Part shown: one piece after another, positions 46,402 through 55,482 of the stretch
How the letters are laid out: each line of letters opens with the position of its first letter
How positions within the stretch are numbered: position 1 is the stretch's first letter
IMG/VR virus record: IMGVR_UViG_3300020049_016424
Coordinates: 96,001 to 160,000 of that record
Length of the DNA stretch: 64,000 nt
DNA from: a virus
Taxonomy: Duplodnaviria; Caudoviricetes
Strand: one strand, 5' to 3'
Notes under the pieces: model-generated
Databases searched by the model: none
What the model was told of the DNA's origin: nothing
Seen by the model: the letters and a program-made list of their open reading frames with translations, nothing else
Translations under genes and position numbers: made by a program

Positions 46402-47301
46402 TTGATGACCACGGCACGCCAACAGGGACAGCACGCAGCGCTCTACGCGCTGAAACTCGCGAACACCGCGGAAGACGTCTTCGGTGCTGCGTGGAACGCG
46501 GCGAAGTCGCGCCGTAGCGCCGTGCCGAACGCGGCCGCGGCGGGGCCGAAGATGCCGTGGCAGAGCCGTGTGGCCCCGGGTCTCGCAGCCGCGAAGGAGA
46601 TGGCGCCTGCCGTGCTCGGACTCGGCGCAACGGGCGCGATTCTGACCAACCTCGCGCGCAATCCGAAGGACAAGGACGCTCCCAGCCCCTTGCGCGGGGC
46701 AGGCCTCGGCGCAGGGCTAGGCGGCTATCTTACGATGCCCGCGGGCCTGGGCGCGTATATCCGCGAAAACAAGTATCGGAACACCCTGCACCAGGCGCAG
46801 ACTCAACCTTTCGATACGCCCGGGATGAAGAAGGATTTCCGCACCTGGCTCGACGAAACTGGCAACGCCCAACCCGACAAGAACCTTCACGACATCCTGT
46901 CGCAGGATGGTCCGCTCTCCGCACAGGAACAGCGGCTCTACAACGCAGGCGTGCGGTTCCACCAGGCCGGTGGGGCGTCTCGAGGGGCTACGACCTCCCC
47001 GGAAGCGCAGCAGGCTGCTGCGTTCGTCGAAGAGCTCAAGACGCGCACGGGCAAAGACGGGCGCCGTCTCGCTGCGATCTTGCACCCAGACCAGCTACGC
47101 ACGACTGCGGCCCCGCGCGAAGTGCTCGAAGAAGCGTATCGACAGCTCACCGCCCGCGGCCCTGCGCTCACCGCGGCGAGCTCCGACCCGATCGTCGATC
47201 AAATCGGGAAAATCATGGCTTCGCGCCGCGCGCTGATTCCCGATGCCCTGAAACAGTGGCGGCCGCTTTCGCCGGACACTCTGCGTAAGATCGTTGGATG
47301 A
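46402..47301 (+). CDS. Putative virion membrane-type protein with degenerate J-domain-like HPD motif
   Basis: GQHAALYALKLA; hydrophobic GxxxG segments; RRLAAILHPD...LEEAYRQL. Confidence 0.6.
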   Translation: MMTTARQQGQHAALYALKLANTAEDVFGAAWNAAKSRRSAVPNAAAAGPKMPWQSRVAPGLAAAKEMAPAVLGLGATGAILTNLARNPKDKDAPSPLRGAGLGAGLGGYLTMPAGLGAYIRENKYRNTLHQAQTQPFDTPGMKKDFRTWLDETGNAQPDKNLHDILSQDGPLSAQEQRLYNAGVRFHQAGGASRGATTSPEAQQAAAFVEELKTRTGKDGRRLAAILHPDQLRTTAAPREVLEEAYRQLTARGPALTAASSDPIVDQIGKIMASRRALIPDALKQWRPLSPDTLRKIVG

Positions 47302-48185
47302 TGTCCCCGCGGTCCTATCCTGTGACGCGAGGCACCCCTGCTGTTCCGGGGCGCACACAGACGCGTGATACGGACCCTGTCGAAGACGCACGCAGCGCCT
47401 TCTTTGAGAACACGCGCATGCTCGAAGTCATCGACAACCCCGAACCCACCTACGAGAACTCCCCGAGCAAGATCTCAGGCTGTCTCGAGGCCCTGCGCGC
47501 GTTCGGCTTTCGGGGGCAGCTCAAGTCCGCAGCGCGCAAGCTCCACGGCCGGGTGACGTTCCGCGGCCTTGAAATCTCGATCGAGAACCGCAAGGGGTCG
47601 AAGCGGCACTGGTACGACCCTCACGCGGACAAGCACGGCACGACTACGATGCTCTACCCCTACGGATACATCCGTAAGACGGTGGGCATGGATGGAGATC
47701 ACGTCGATGTCTTTGTGGGACCGAACGAAAGTGCAACTCACGTCTACGTCGTCCTCACGAACAAAGCTCCCGAGTTCGACAAGGCCGATGAAGAAAAGTG
47801 CTTCCTCGGCTTCGACAGCGAAGCCGACGCGCGCAAGGCCTTCTCCGCGCACTACGACAACCCCAAGTTCTTCCGGTCGCTCCGGGCACTCACCTTCGAG
47901 AAGTTCAAGGAGAACGCCCTAGCCACGGGGGAGGGCGAACGGAAGAAAGTCGCGTTCACCGACGACGGGCTGCAGCCGACCATCGAAGGCTTCTCCGAGC
48001 CGACGCCTGTCACGGACGACACGAAGGACCGCGGGCTGCCGACGCCAGGTCTCACGCGCTGGATCATCGGAGAGCCGCTCGACAAGCAGGATCGCATCGA
48101 TCGCAGTTTCAACGCGCTCGAGATCCCACAAGGTAACGCGAGCACGCCTGAGCCCTCCACCGAGGCCGGCAACCTCGGACCCTGA
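47298..48185 (+). CDS. Inorganic pyrophosphatase-like (InPase) domain protein
   Basis: GLEISIENRKGS.R...YGYIRKTVGMDGDHVDVFVG...DEEKCFLGF. Confidence 0.75.
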   Translation: MMSPRSYPVTRGTPAVPGRTQTRDTDPVEDARSAFFENTRMLEVIDNPEPTYENSPSKISGCLEALRAFGFRGQLKSAARKLHGRVTFRGLEISIENRKGSKRHWYDPHADKHGTTTMLYPYGYIRKTVGMDGDHVDVFVGPNESATHVYVVLTNKAPEFDKADEEKCFLGFDSEADARKAFSAHYDNPKFFRSLRALTFEKFKENALATGEGERKKVAFTDDGLQPTIEGFSEPTPVTDDTKDRGLPTPGLTRWIIGEPLDKQDRIDRSFNALEIPQGNASTPEPSTEAGNLGP

Positions 48186-48223
48186 ACTTCTTCCCTCGAG
48201 AAAAAGAGTGGTAGGGTAGAGAC

Positions 48224-49051
48224 ATGCCTGCGCCGTCGCTCACCATTACCCGCACCACGCCCATCTACCACACGCTCTCGGTGGGCGGGGTGTTCGTGCA
48301 GTGGCACGTGAACGACCCGGAGACCGACTACACATTCCGCGTCGAGCGCTCGGAGAGCTACGAAGGTCCCTTCGAAATCCTCGTGTCCGCTACCACGGAC
48401 TTCCACGCATTCGACCCCCATGAGATCTCGTCGACGCTCGAGGAAGAAGCTCGCAACTTCTTGTCCCTGCAGCGCAAGAACTACTACCGCGTGACAGCAA
48501 CCGCGCCGGGCAAGGCTACGTTCTCCGACACCAAGATCCTTGGCGACGAGCTCGCGCGGCGGCAGTGGCTCTTGAAGCGCAAGATCCTTCGGGACATCAC
48601 GATCGGCTTCAAGTTCAACAGCATCCCCTTCGCCATCTTGAAGCGGAAGCATGCAGGAACGCGCTGCACGGCGTGCTTCGACCCGATCAGCAAGTCCATC
48701 CTGGATAGCCGCTGCAAGACCTGCCTCGGCACGGGCTACATCACCGGCTACTACGCGCCGGTCTACGTCTCTGCCCGCAAGGGTGTGACCAACGTCACGA
48801 CCACGCTCGCGCCGCAGGGAAAAACCGAAGTGAACCAGGTGGAGCTCACGGTCCTCGACTACCCCGCGGTCGAAGTCGACGACATCATCGTCGAGGTCCG
48901 GCAGGGACGCCGATACCTGGTCAAGCACGTCGCGCGCACCGAGCTCCGCGGCGTCCCCGTTCATCAGCGTCTCGTCATGAGCGAGCTTGCGCGGGACAGC
49001 GTCGAGTACAAGATCGTGCTCCAACCGCGAACCTCCCCGGCGCTCTACTGA
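48224..49051 (+). CDS. Putative neck/head-closure protein with Zn finger
   Basis: CTAC...CKTCLGTG; FN3-like N-terminus; TGgTAGGGT 6 nt before ATG. Confidence 0.55.
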   Translation: MPAPSLTITRTTPIYHTLSVGGVFVQWHVNDPETDYTFRVERSESYEGPFEILVSATTDFHAFDPHEISSTLEEEARNFLSLQRKNYYRVTATAPGKATFSDTKILGDELARRQWLLKRKILRDITIGFKFNSIPFAILKRKHAGTRCTACFDPISKSILDSRCKTCLGTGYITGYYAPVYVSARKGVTNVTTTLAPQGKTEVNQVELTVLDYPAVEVDDIIVEVRQGRRYLVKHVARTELRGVPVHQRLVMSELARDSVEYKIVLQPRTSPALY

Positions 49052-49069
49052 CCGTGCTAGCCTGCTCCC

Positions 49070-50077
49070 GTGCCCGCGTATCCGCCCACACGCCCGCACG
49101 GGCCGCAGAACCCGACGAGAATCGCAGCTGCGTCGCCACTCGCGGTGACAGGCATTCTGCTCGAGACCCTGCGAGAGCGGTTCCGTCAGGACCAGAACCT
49201 GCTGTGGTTCTGGGATCCGGACCCTTCCGTCGGCACGATCCTCATCGAAACGTCGTACAACGACGCCGTCGAGCAGCGCAACGCGAGCATCGCCATCTAC
49301 GTCACCCGGCTCAACACGACGCCGCAGCAGCTCCTCGTCGGCGACCGCACCGATGTGAATCTCCCGGACCACAAGGAGTTCTTCACAGGGCTGATGACCT
49401 CGAGCTACAGCGTCGACTGCGTCGCCAACGACCAGGGTGCGAGCGTGCAGCTCGCTGACATCGTGCAGCACTTCTTCATCGCCAGCCGTCAGATCTTGAC
49501 GGGGATGTTCGGGCTGCAGAACATGACGCACGCGTCGATGGGGCAGTCCGCGCCGTTCGAGCAGGAGCAGGGCAAGTTCAGCACGCCCGTGTCCTTCGAG
49601 GTCAGCTACCACACGCAGTGGTCGACCGTAAAGATCCGGCCCCTGCTGCAGAGCGTGGGGGTTCGCGTCATCGACAGCCGCACGGGAATGGACGCGGCAG
49701 AGGCCTTCGCTGACAGCGCCGCACAGTCCTACGGCCGGACCTGGCCGATCGACCCGCCCGAACCGCTGTCCGGACCCTACTCGAGCGCTCCGTATGTGCC
49801 GCCCCCTGAAGCGCCTGTTCCCGGAGCTGTCACGTTCCCGGCGAGCGCTTTTTTCCTGCCGAATCAGCGACTTTTAGGCGTGCGCGACACCGTCAACCGC
49901 GTCTTCTCCACGCAGATTCCCTTCATCCATACCGACACGATCTCAGAAATCGTGTATCGTAACGGCATCCGGGTAGACCCCTCGGCCTACACGGTCACCT
50001 CTCCGCAGACGGTCGAGTTCGCCATTCCACCCGAACCCGACGATCTGCTCCTTCTCGATGGCTACGTGGCCCGCTGA
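49070..50077 (+). CDS. Putative tail completion/terminator protein
   Basis: Directly upstream of sheath; TGcTAGCCT 6 nt before GTG. Confidence 0.5.
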   Translation: MPAYPPTRPHGPQNPTRIAAASPLAVTGILLETLRERFRQDQNLLWFWDPDPSVGTILIETSYNDAVEQRNASIAIYVTRLNTTPQQLLVGDRTDVNLPDHKEFFTGLMTSSYSVDCVANDQGASVQLADIVQHFFIASRQILTGMFGLQNMTHASMGQSAPFEQEQGKFSTPVSFEVSYHTQWSTVKIRPLLQSVGVRVIDSRTGMDAAEAFADSAAQSYGRTWPIDPPEPLSGPYSSAPYVPPPEAPVPGAVTFPASAFFLPNQRLLGVRDTVNRVFSTQIPFIHTDTISEIVYRNGIRVDPSAYTVTSPQTVEFAIPPEPDDLLLLDGYVAR

Positions 50078-50101
50078 GCGCCCCACTTCGGAGACCGAAC
50101 G

Positions 50102-52819
50102 ATGACCCGACCGATTACTGTCGTCTTCCAAGAGCAGGCTCAGCTGACCCCCACGGTCAGCGACCCCGATCTTGATACCCTCGTCTTCGGCGCGGCGTAC
50201 CAGATCCTCGACTACCTCGACGACAAGGAAGACATTCAGGTTGCCGACTACGGCACCCTCAATGCCGACAACCCCTACACGCCCCCGGTCGCCTCGACGC
50301 CGGCCATCGTGCTCGCGGCGCCTCCGGGCATCACGGCGGGGGCTTGGGTCGCTCCGACCAGCATCGGCGTCATCTTCGACGATCTGCGCGCCATCCTCGT
50401 CAGCCGCACCGATGGCGCGGTCACGAACAACGACAACCTGCTCACGTCGGCAGGCGCTACGTTCGTCACCACGGGCGTCGCTGCGGGCGACACGCTCATC
50501 ATCGCGAATCCTCCGGGGCCTGCAACGCCGAACCTCGTGCTCACCGTTCGCGAGGTGGTCAGCGAGACCACGCTCCGCGTGACCACGAACTTCCTCGCCA
50601 CGGTCGGTTCGCTCGCATTCCGCGTCGAGCGCACGGTCCAGGACACCACGATCGCCACGAGCTTCGTCGTTCCGCCGGTGTTCCGTGCGAGCAACGAGAT
50701 CACGATCCTCGGCGGCGTCACCGTCACCATCGGCGGCATCCAGCGCGTCGTGTCCTACGCGAAGGTCTACGTGCAGTACCTGGCGTACCGCATGGACCTG
50801 CAGGAAGTCGACTCGGTCATCTCGGACGACGAGATCCGCACGAAGGTCGGCAAGATCGACGCACGCAACCCGCTCGCGGCGCACCTCTGGGTCGCGCGCC
50901 AGAACGCGGGCAGCGCCCCGATCTACTTCTACGGACTCTCCTCGAACGACCTCGCCGGTTACACCGACGCGAAGGATGTCATCTCGAGCAATAAGCGCGT
51001 CTACGCAGAGATCGTCACGATCCCGGACGTCGCTGTCGTCGCCATGCTCAAGACGGACAACGTCACGCTCGCCGACCCGGTCACGGCGCTCGCCGACGGG
51101 ATCCCGCAGAAGTTCCGCGCTGTCATCGGTTCGGAAGAGCTGCCAGTCACCACGCTCCTCGTCGACGAGACGGTCACGGGCACGACCGAGCAGCGCTCGG
51201 GCGCTATCCCGCCCGGCGTGCGCACCATCACGCTCGGCGCAGGCGTCAACCTGCTCACGTCGAACGTGCGCCCGGGTGACCAGCTCATCCTCACCGCGAG
51301 CGAGGGCGTCCTCGACGGCACCTACACGATCGCGCACATCAACTCGGCGTCCGTCCTCGAGACCGACACGGCGTTCCCCGCCACGGTCGGCGCTGCGGAA
51401 GGCGCGAACATCCGCGTCTACCGCCCGTCGCTCGGCACGAACCCCATCGCCGAGATCGAAGCTCGCGCGTCGTACACCACGGCCGCGGTCACCTACCGGT
51501 CGCGCGTCGCGGGCATCACCCCCGGCGCTCGCACCATCGCACTCGTGCAGAGCGGCTCGACCCCGAACGGCATCCATTCGGTCATCGAGGTCGCAGGCGT
51601 TTCGACGGTCATCAACGGCGACTTCGCTTCGGGCCTCGTCACCGCGACGGGCATCGTCAACGCGCTCACCACGGGCGCGGGCGTCACCACGCCGTTCGTC
51701 GGCTCGGTGAACCTCTCGGCCACCACGTCATCGGGCGCCACGGTGCAGGCAGCATTCGCTGCGACTGCGCTCAGCACGGGCACGCCGGGCCTCGACTCGA
51801 TCACCAGCACGGCAGCCCTCGACGCGGTCTTCATCCGCATCTTCGACTCGACCGCGACGTTCCTCACGGACGGCGTGCAGGCGGGCGACGTCATCGAGAT
51901 CCCGAGCAACCCGAACGGCGTGTTCGGAAGCACCTACAAGAGCTTCGTCGTGAACGAGGTTCTGTCGGAGCAGCGCATCGAGATCGCGAACATCGCGACG
52001 GGCGTGTACGTGAACAACACGGGCACGGTCGAGAACGAGCTCCCCCATCTCGACAATCGCCTCGGCACGGGCACGCTCGTGACGCAGGGCTCGATCCGCT
52101 ACCGCGTCCAGCGCGTCCTGAACAAGGAGCGCCAGGTCGAGTACCTCCAGTCGATCTCGCAGAGCTTGCGCTCGCAGCGCGCCGTCATGGCATGGCCGGA
52201 TCTCGTCGATGTCGCCGACCTCGTCGACGGCAGCCTCCCGCGCAACGCGGACGGCTCAGCGGCGCTCGCGGCTTCGCAGGCGGGCACGTACCTCGCGGCG
52301 GCCATCGGCGGTCTCTGCGCCGGACTGCCGAACCATCAGGGCCTCTCTCGCATCAGCATCGCGGGCGTCCGGAAGCTCTACCACTCGAGCGGGTACTTCA
52401 CCGAAGCGCAGCTCTCTGCGCTCTCGGATGCGGGCTGGTTCGTCTTCGTGCAAGACACGCCGGAGTCGCTGCCCTTCTGCATCCACCAGCTCACGACGGA
52501 CCCCTCGTCGCTGCAGACCGGTGAGTTCTCGATGGTGCGCAACTTCGACTTCCTCTCGAAGTTCTTCACCGCGATCCTCGACCCGTTCATCGGCGTCTGG
52601 AACGTGAACGAAGAGACCCTCGGCTTCATGCGCCAGGCGGTCAACTCGGGCATCGACCAGCTCAAGCTGCGCAAGGTGGCCCGCATCGGAGCTCCGCTCA
52701 TCGACGCGCTCATCACCTCGCTCGACGTGAGCGACGCCTCGCCCGCCCGTGTCGAGCTCTACATGACGGTCAACCGCCCGGTGCCGTTGAACGTCATCGG
52801 TCTGCACCTGGTGGGCTGA
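50102..52819 (+). CDS. Contractile tail sheath protein with inserted repeated beta domains
   Basis: 905 aa; C-terminal HQLTT...SMVRNFDF...IGVWNV...PVPLNVI sheath-like; three T(F/L)...V..GD.(L/I) repeats. Confidence 0.75.
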   Translation: MTRPITVVFQEQAQLTPTVSDPDLDTLVFGAAYQILDYLDDKEDIQVADYGTLNADNPYTPPVASTPAIVLAAPPGITAGAWVAPTSIGVIFDDLRAILVSRTDGAVTNNDNLLTSAGATFVTTGVAAGDTLIIANPPGPATPNLVLTVREVVSETTLRVTTNFLATVGSLAFRVERTVQDTTIATSFVVPPVFRASNEITILGGVTVTIGGIQRVVSYAKVYVQYLAYRMDLQEVDSVISDDEIRTKVGKIDARNPLAAHLWVARQNAGSAPIYFYGLSSNDLAGYTDAKDVISSNKRVYAEIVTIPDVAVVAMLKTDNVTLADPVTALADGIPQKFRAVIGSEELPVTTLLVDETVTGTTEQRSGAIPPGVRTITLGAGVNLLTSNVRPGDQLILTASEGVLDGTYTIAHINSASVLETDTAFPATVGAAEGANIRVYRPSLGTNPIAEIEARASYTTAAVTYRSRVAGITPGARTIALVQSGSTPNGIHSVIEVAGVSTVINGDFASGLVTATGIVNALTTGAGVTTPFVGSVNLSATTSSGATVQAAFAATALSTGTPGLDSITSTAALDAVFIRIFDSTATFLTDGVQAGDVIEIPSNPNGVFGSTYKSFVVNEVLSEQRIEIANIATGVYVNNTGTVENELPHLDNRLGTGTLVTQGSIRYRVQRVLNKERQVEYLQSISQSLRSQRAVMAWPDLVDVADLVDGSLPRNADGSAALAASQAGTYLAAAIGGLCAGLPNHQGLSRISIAGVRKLYHSSGYFTEAQLSALSDAGWFVFVQDTPESLPFCIHQLTTDPSSLQTGEFSMVRNFDFLSKFFTAILDPFIGVWNVNEETLGFMRQAVNSGIDQLKLRKVARIGAPLIDALITSLDVSDASPARVELYMTVNRPVPLNVIGLHLVG

Positions 52820-53808
52820 TGCCGGACGGCGGGCGCACCGACGGAGAGAAGACGGCGTTCATCGCTGGCGGGCTCGCAGCCCTCCGGCGGTTCTCGCCGC
52901 AAGCTCTCGGTATGGTGCGCCAGGGCGTGACCACGGGCGCGCGCATGGGGCGCCGCGCGCTGTCAGGCGTCGGAGGCGTGCCCCAGCTGAAGTCGGAGAT
53001 GCTGAACCAGGCCCGCATGGGCGGCGGCATCGGCGCGCTCGCGGGTGGCGCTCTCGGGGCGCTCAGCGCCGAAGAGGGGCATCGCGGCGAAGGTGCGCTC
53101 AAGGGAGCCCTCGGAGGCGCGGCGAGCGGCGCGCTCGGCGGCGCTCTGAGCGGTGCCGTATTCACCGGAGCTCGAGGACTGCGGCACCACGCTCTCACGG
53201 CGCTGGCGCCCGGGGCGGACATGGGTGCACGCCGCGCAGCAGCGACCGAGGCGCTGAACCGAGGCTGGCTTCGCGGCATGCCCGACATGGCCTTCGGAGG
53301 GCCTGCGGGTCGCGGAGGGGCTGCATTCGAAACGCTTGCAGCTCCCGCTACTGTGGCCGCGGACATGTACCTCGGCCACAAGCTCATGGGCGCGCTCCCC
53401 GAGACCCTCGGCGGCGCTCCTGCAGAACCCCCAGGCCCCGCGAAGGTCGCGGCCGAAGAGACGGACGGCCCGCTGTCCTTCTCGGCGCGGCTGCACCCTG
53501 CGGCGCTTGCGGCGCCTCTCGGAGCGCTTGCGGGGCGGGTGGGCGCCGAGGAGCTCCTCGAACGCCACGCCGACCCGCGCATCGCCATGGGCGGTGACTG
53601 GGCGCGCCGGATGCCCGCCAAGGGCCACCTGCGCAAGCGGATCTTGCCGGGCCTCGCCAGCATCGTCGCAGGCGGCCTGACCTACGGCGGGCTCAACGCC
53701 CTGTCGCCAGAGCCCGAGTCGCCGGAGCAGAAGGCGCTCAAGGAAATCGACCTCGACACGCTCAAAGCCGTCCTGCCGAAGCAGGGCGCTCCGGGAGGTC
53801 CTGTATGA
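52819..53808 (+). CDS. Glycine-zipper putative virion protein
   Basis: EKTAF, KVAA, long GxxxG arrays. Confidence 0.7.
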   Translation: MPDGGRTDGEKTAFIAGGLAALRRFSPQALGMVRQGVTTGARMGRRALSGVGGVPQLKSEMLNQARMGGGIGALAGGALGALSAEEGHRGEGALKGALGGAASGALGGALSGAVFTGARGLRHHALTALAPGADMGARRAAATEALNRGWLRGMPDMAFGGPAGRGGAAFETLAAPATVAADMYLGHKLMGALPETLGGAPAEPPGPAKVAAEETDGPLSFSARLHPAALAAPLGALAGRVGAEELLERHADPRIAMGGDWARRMPAKGHLRKRILPGLASIVAGGLTYGGLNALSPEPESPEQKALKEIDLDTLKAVLPKQGAPGGPV

Positions 53809-54137
53809 CGGCTCTAGGAACGTGGGAGCTCCTTGATCACGACGTAGTGACTAGCGGCGGCACCATACTGCTCTTTGAGCAGTTGTTGGGACCAGAAGCA
53901 GCCGTAGTCGTCTCTACCTTGGTCCTCGCCGGGTGTCCAGACCTGGATACCTTGCCCGGGCGCATGGCTGCCGGCGGAACTTTGCGGGTGCACTTTCCTG
54001 CGACAGATAGCCACGTAGAGATTCCGCCGGGCACGAAATGTCTTTTCCACGAAAAGGAGGCTGCGGCAGACTCGCGGCTCCGGCTCGTCTGGTTGCGCCC
54101 CCGTGCGCGATCTTTTCCCCCTCCATCCCGAGTCTGA
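53805..54137 (+). CDS. Hypothetical protein
   Basis: ATGA overlap; lower GC. Confidence 0.4.
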   Translation: MTALGTWELLDHDVVTSGGTILLFEQLLGPEAAVVVSTLVLAGCPDLDTLPGRMAAGGTLRVHFPATDSHVEIPPGTKCLFHEKEAAADSRLRLVWLRPRARSFPPPSRV

Positions 54138-54161
54138 TACACTTTTCCCGGAGATCTCACC

Positions 54162-54914
54162 ATGCCGATCGGAATCACGAAGGGCCTCACCACCTGGCGT
54201 TTTCAGGACGCCTACGTCGAACGTATCGGCGACAACTCGGCGTACACGGCCGCGCATCCGGACGACACCCTGGTGCTCGCCGGTCCTCCGCGCGCCGACA
54301 TCGCACGCGCCGACGACGTGGCTGCGACGAGCGTGAGCTCGCTGCTGGCCATCGGCATGTTGCAGGCGTTCCAGATCTCGCAGCAGAAGCCGACGACTCC
54401 GGTCATGGCGATCGGCTCGGGCCGCAGCTTCTTCGTCTCCGGCAAGGCGCAGGGCTCGGGCTCGCTCCAGCGTCTGTTCATGAACGGCCGCAACCTGCTC
54501 CGCGTCCTCTACCACAACGCGAAGACGGTCAACGTCCGCTGGGACAACTTCGACGACATCGCGGCGAAGAGCGTCAACTCGGGCTTCCTCACGAACCTCG
54601 ATTCCGAGCTCTACCTCGTGCCGTTCGGTCTCGCGTCGCTGTTCCGCAGCAAGATGCACGACTCGCTCGGCGGCTTCTACGCCGAGCTCACGATGATCAA
54701 CAGCTACCAGATCGGCTACAACGCCGGTGCGACGATGATCGCGGAGTCGGTCAGCTTCATGTTCGACCGCCTCATGCCGTTCACCGCCGACGACGTCGCG
54801 CAGGGCAACGTCCCGCGCGCCACGGTCGACGCGGCACTCGGCCTCATCGACCCGACCAACGACAACGTCGCCACCGAGAACATGGCGAACGGCGCGGTCA
54901 CCAGCACCGTCTGA
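54162..54914 (+). CDS. Tail tube protein (putative)
   Basis: AIGMLQAFQISQQK...IGSGRSFF...GGFYAE...INSY...ESVSFMFDR; near sheath; GGAG SD. Confidence 0.65.
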   Translation: MPIGITKGLTTWRFQDAYVERIGDNSAYTAAHPDDTLVLAGPPRADIARADDVAATSVSSLLAIGMLQAFQISQQKPTTPVMAIGSGRSFFVSGKAQGSGSLQRLFMNGRNLLRVLYHNAKTVNVRWDNFDDIAAKSVNSGFLTNLDSELYLVPFGLASLFRSKMHDSLGGFYAELTMINSYQIGYNAGATMIAESVSFMFDRLMPFTADDVAQGNVPRATVDAALGLIDPTNDNVATENMANGAVTSTV

Positions 54915-54933
54915 CCGGGGCTCGAACCTAAAG

Positions 54934-54962
54934 AAAAGGGGCTCCTCACGGGGCCTCTTTTC
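54934..54962. terminator. Bidirectional intrinsic terminator
   Basis: AAAAGGGGCTCC-tcac-GGGGCCTCTTTTT between convergent genes. Confidence 0.75.
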
Positions 54963-54972
54963 GTTTAGCCCT

Positions 54973-55149
54973 TCACCGGCGCTTCTGTCCCCGCGCCGGC
55001 TCGGCCATCGGCAACGTGGGGCCGTATGCCGGCGCGACGTACGCGTGGCAGCGCTGGCACTGGGGGATCGCGGGCAAGACGCCCATCCAGATCTTGGGTG
55101 TGGTGACGGCGCCGCCGCAGCGGCCGCAGGTTCCGTGAACGTATTGCAT
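54973..55149 (-). CDS. Small zinc-finger protein
   Basis: CGRC...CQRC. Confidence 0.55.
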   Translation of the reverse strand: MQYVHGTCGRCGGAVTTPKIWMGVLPAIPQCQRCHAYVAPAYGPTLPMAEPARGQKRR

Positions 55150-55160
55150 GGTGGTTTCTT

Positions 55161-55430
55161 TCAGGGGGTGGAAGGAGAAAGAGGGCGACGGCAAGCCGCG
55201 AGGTCCTCACGCAACAGGCGATTCTCCATGAGGAGCACCTGCTGGCGGCGAATGAGCTCCCGGGTGACACGCTGCTCGAGCACGTCGGCGCGCTCGTGAA
55301 GACGGCGTGCCTTGTGCCCCGCGTGGATCGAAAGCGCGATGCTGACGGCGAGGCCGAGGTAAATGGCTCCGACAATCCAGTTCGCCCGACGGCGACGCGC
55401 GGGGTCGGTGTCTGCATGTTCTTCTGTCAT
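55161..55430 (-). CDS. Small single-TM coiled-coil protein
   Basis: GGAGG SD; hydrophobic helix; GGTAAAAG motif upstream. Confidence 0.6.
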   Translation of the reverse strand: MTEEHADTDPARRRRANWIVGAIYLGLAVSIALSIHAGHKARRLHERADVLEQRVTRELIRRQQVLLMENRLLREDLAACRRPLSPSTP

Positions 55431-55453
55431 AGTTCCTCCAGAGAAGACCCCTT

Positions 55454-55482
55454 CTTTTACCCGCATCGGCTAGACTTTTCGC
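55454..55482. promoter_or_regulatory. Overlapping divergent promoters (minus GGTAAAAG type; plus TAGACT leaderless)
   Basis: CTTTTACC 55454-55461; TAGACT 55471-55476, 6 nt before ATG 55483. Confidence 0.55.
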
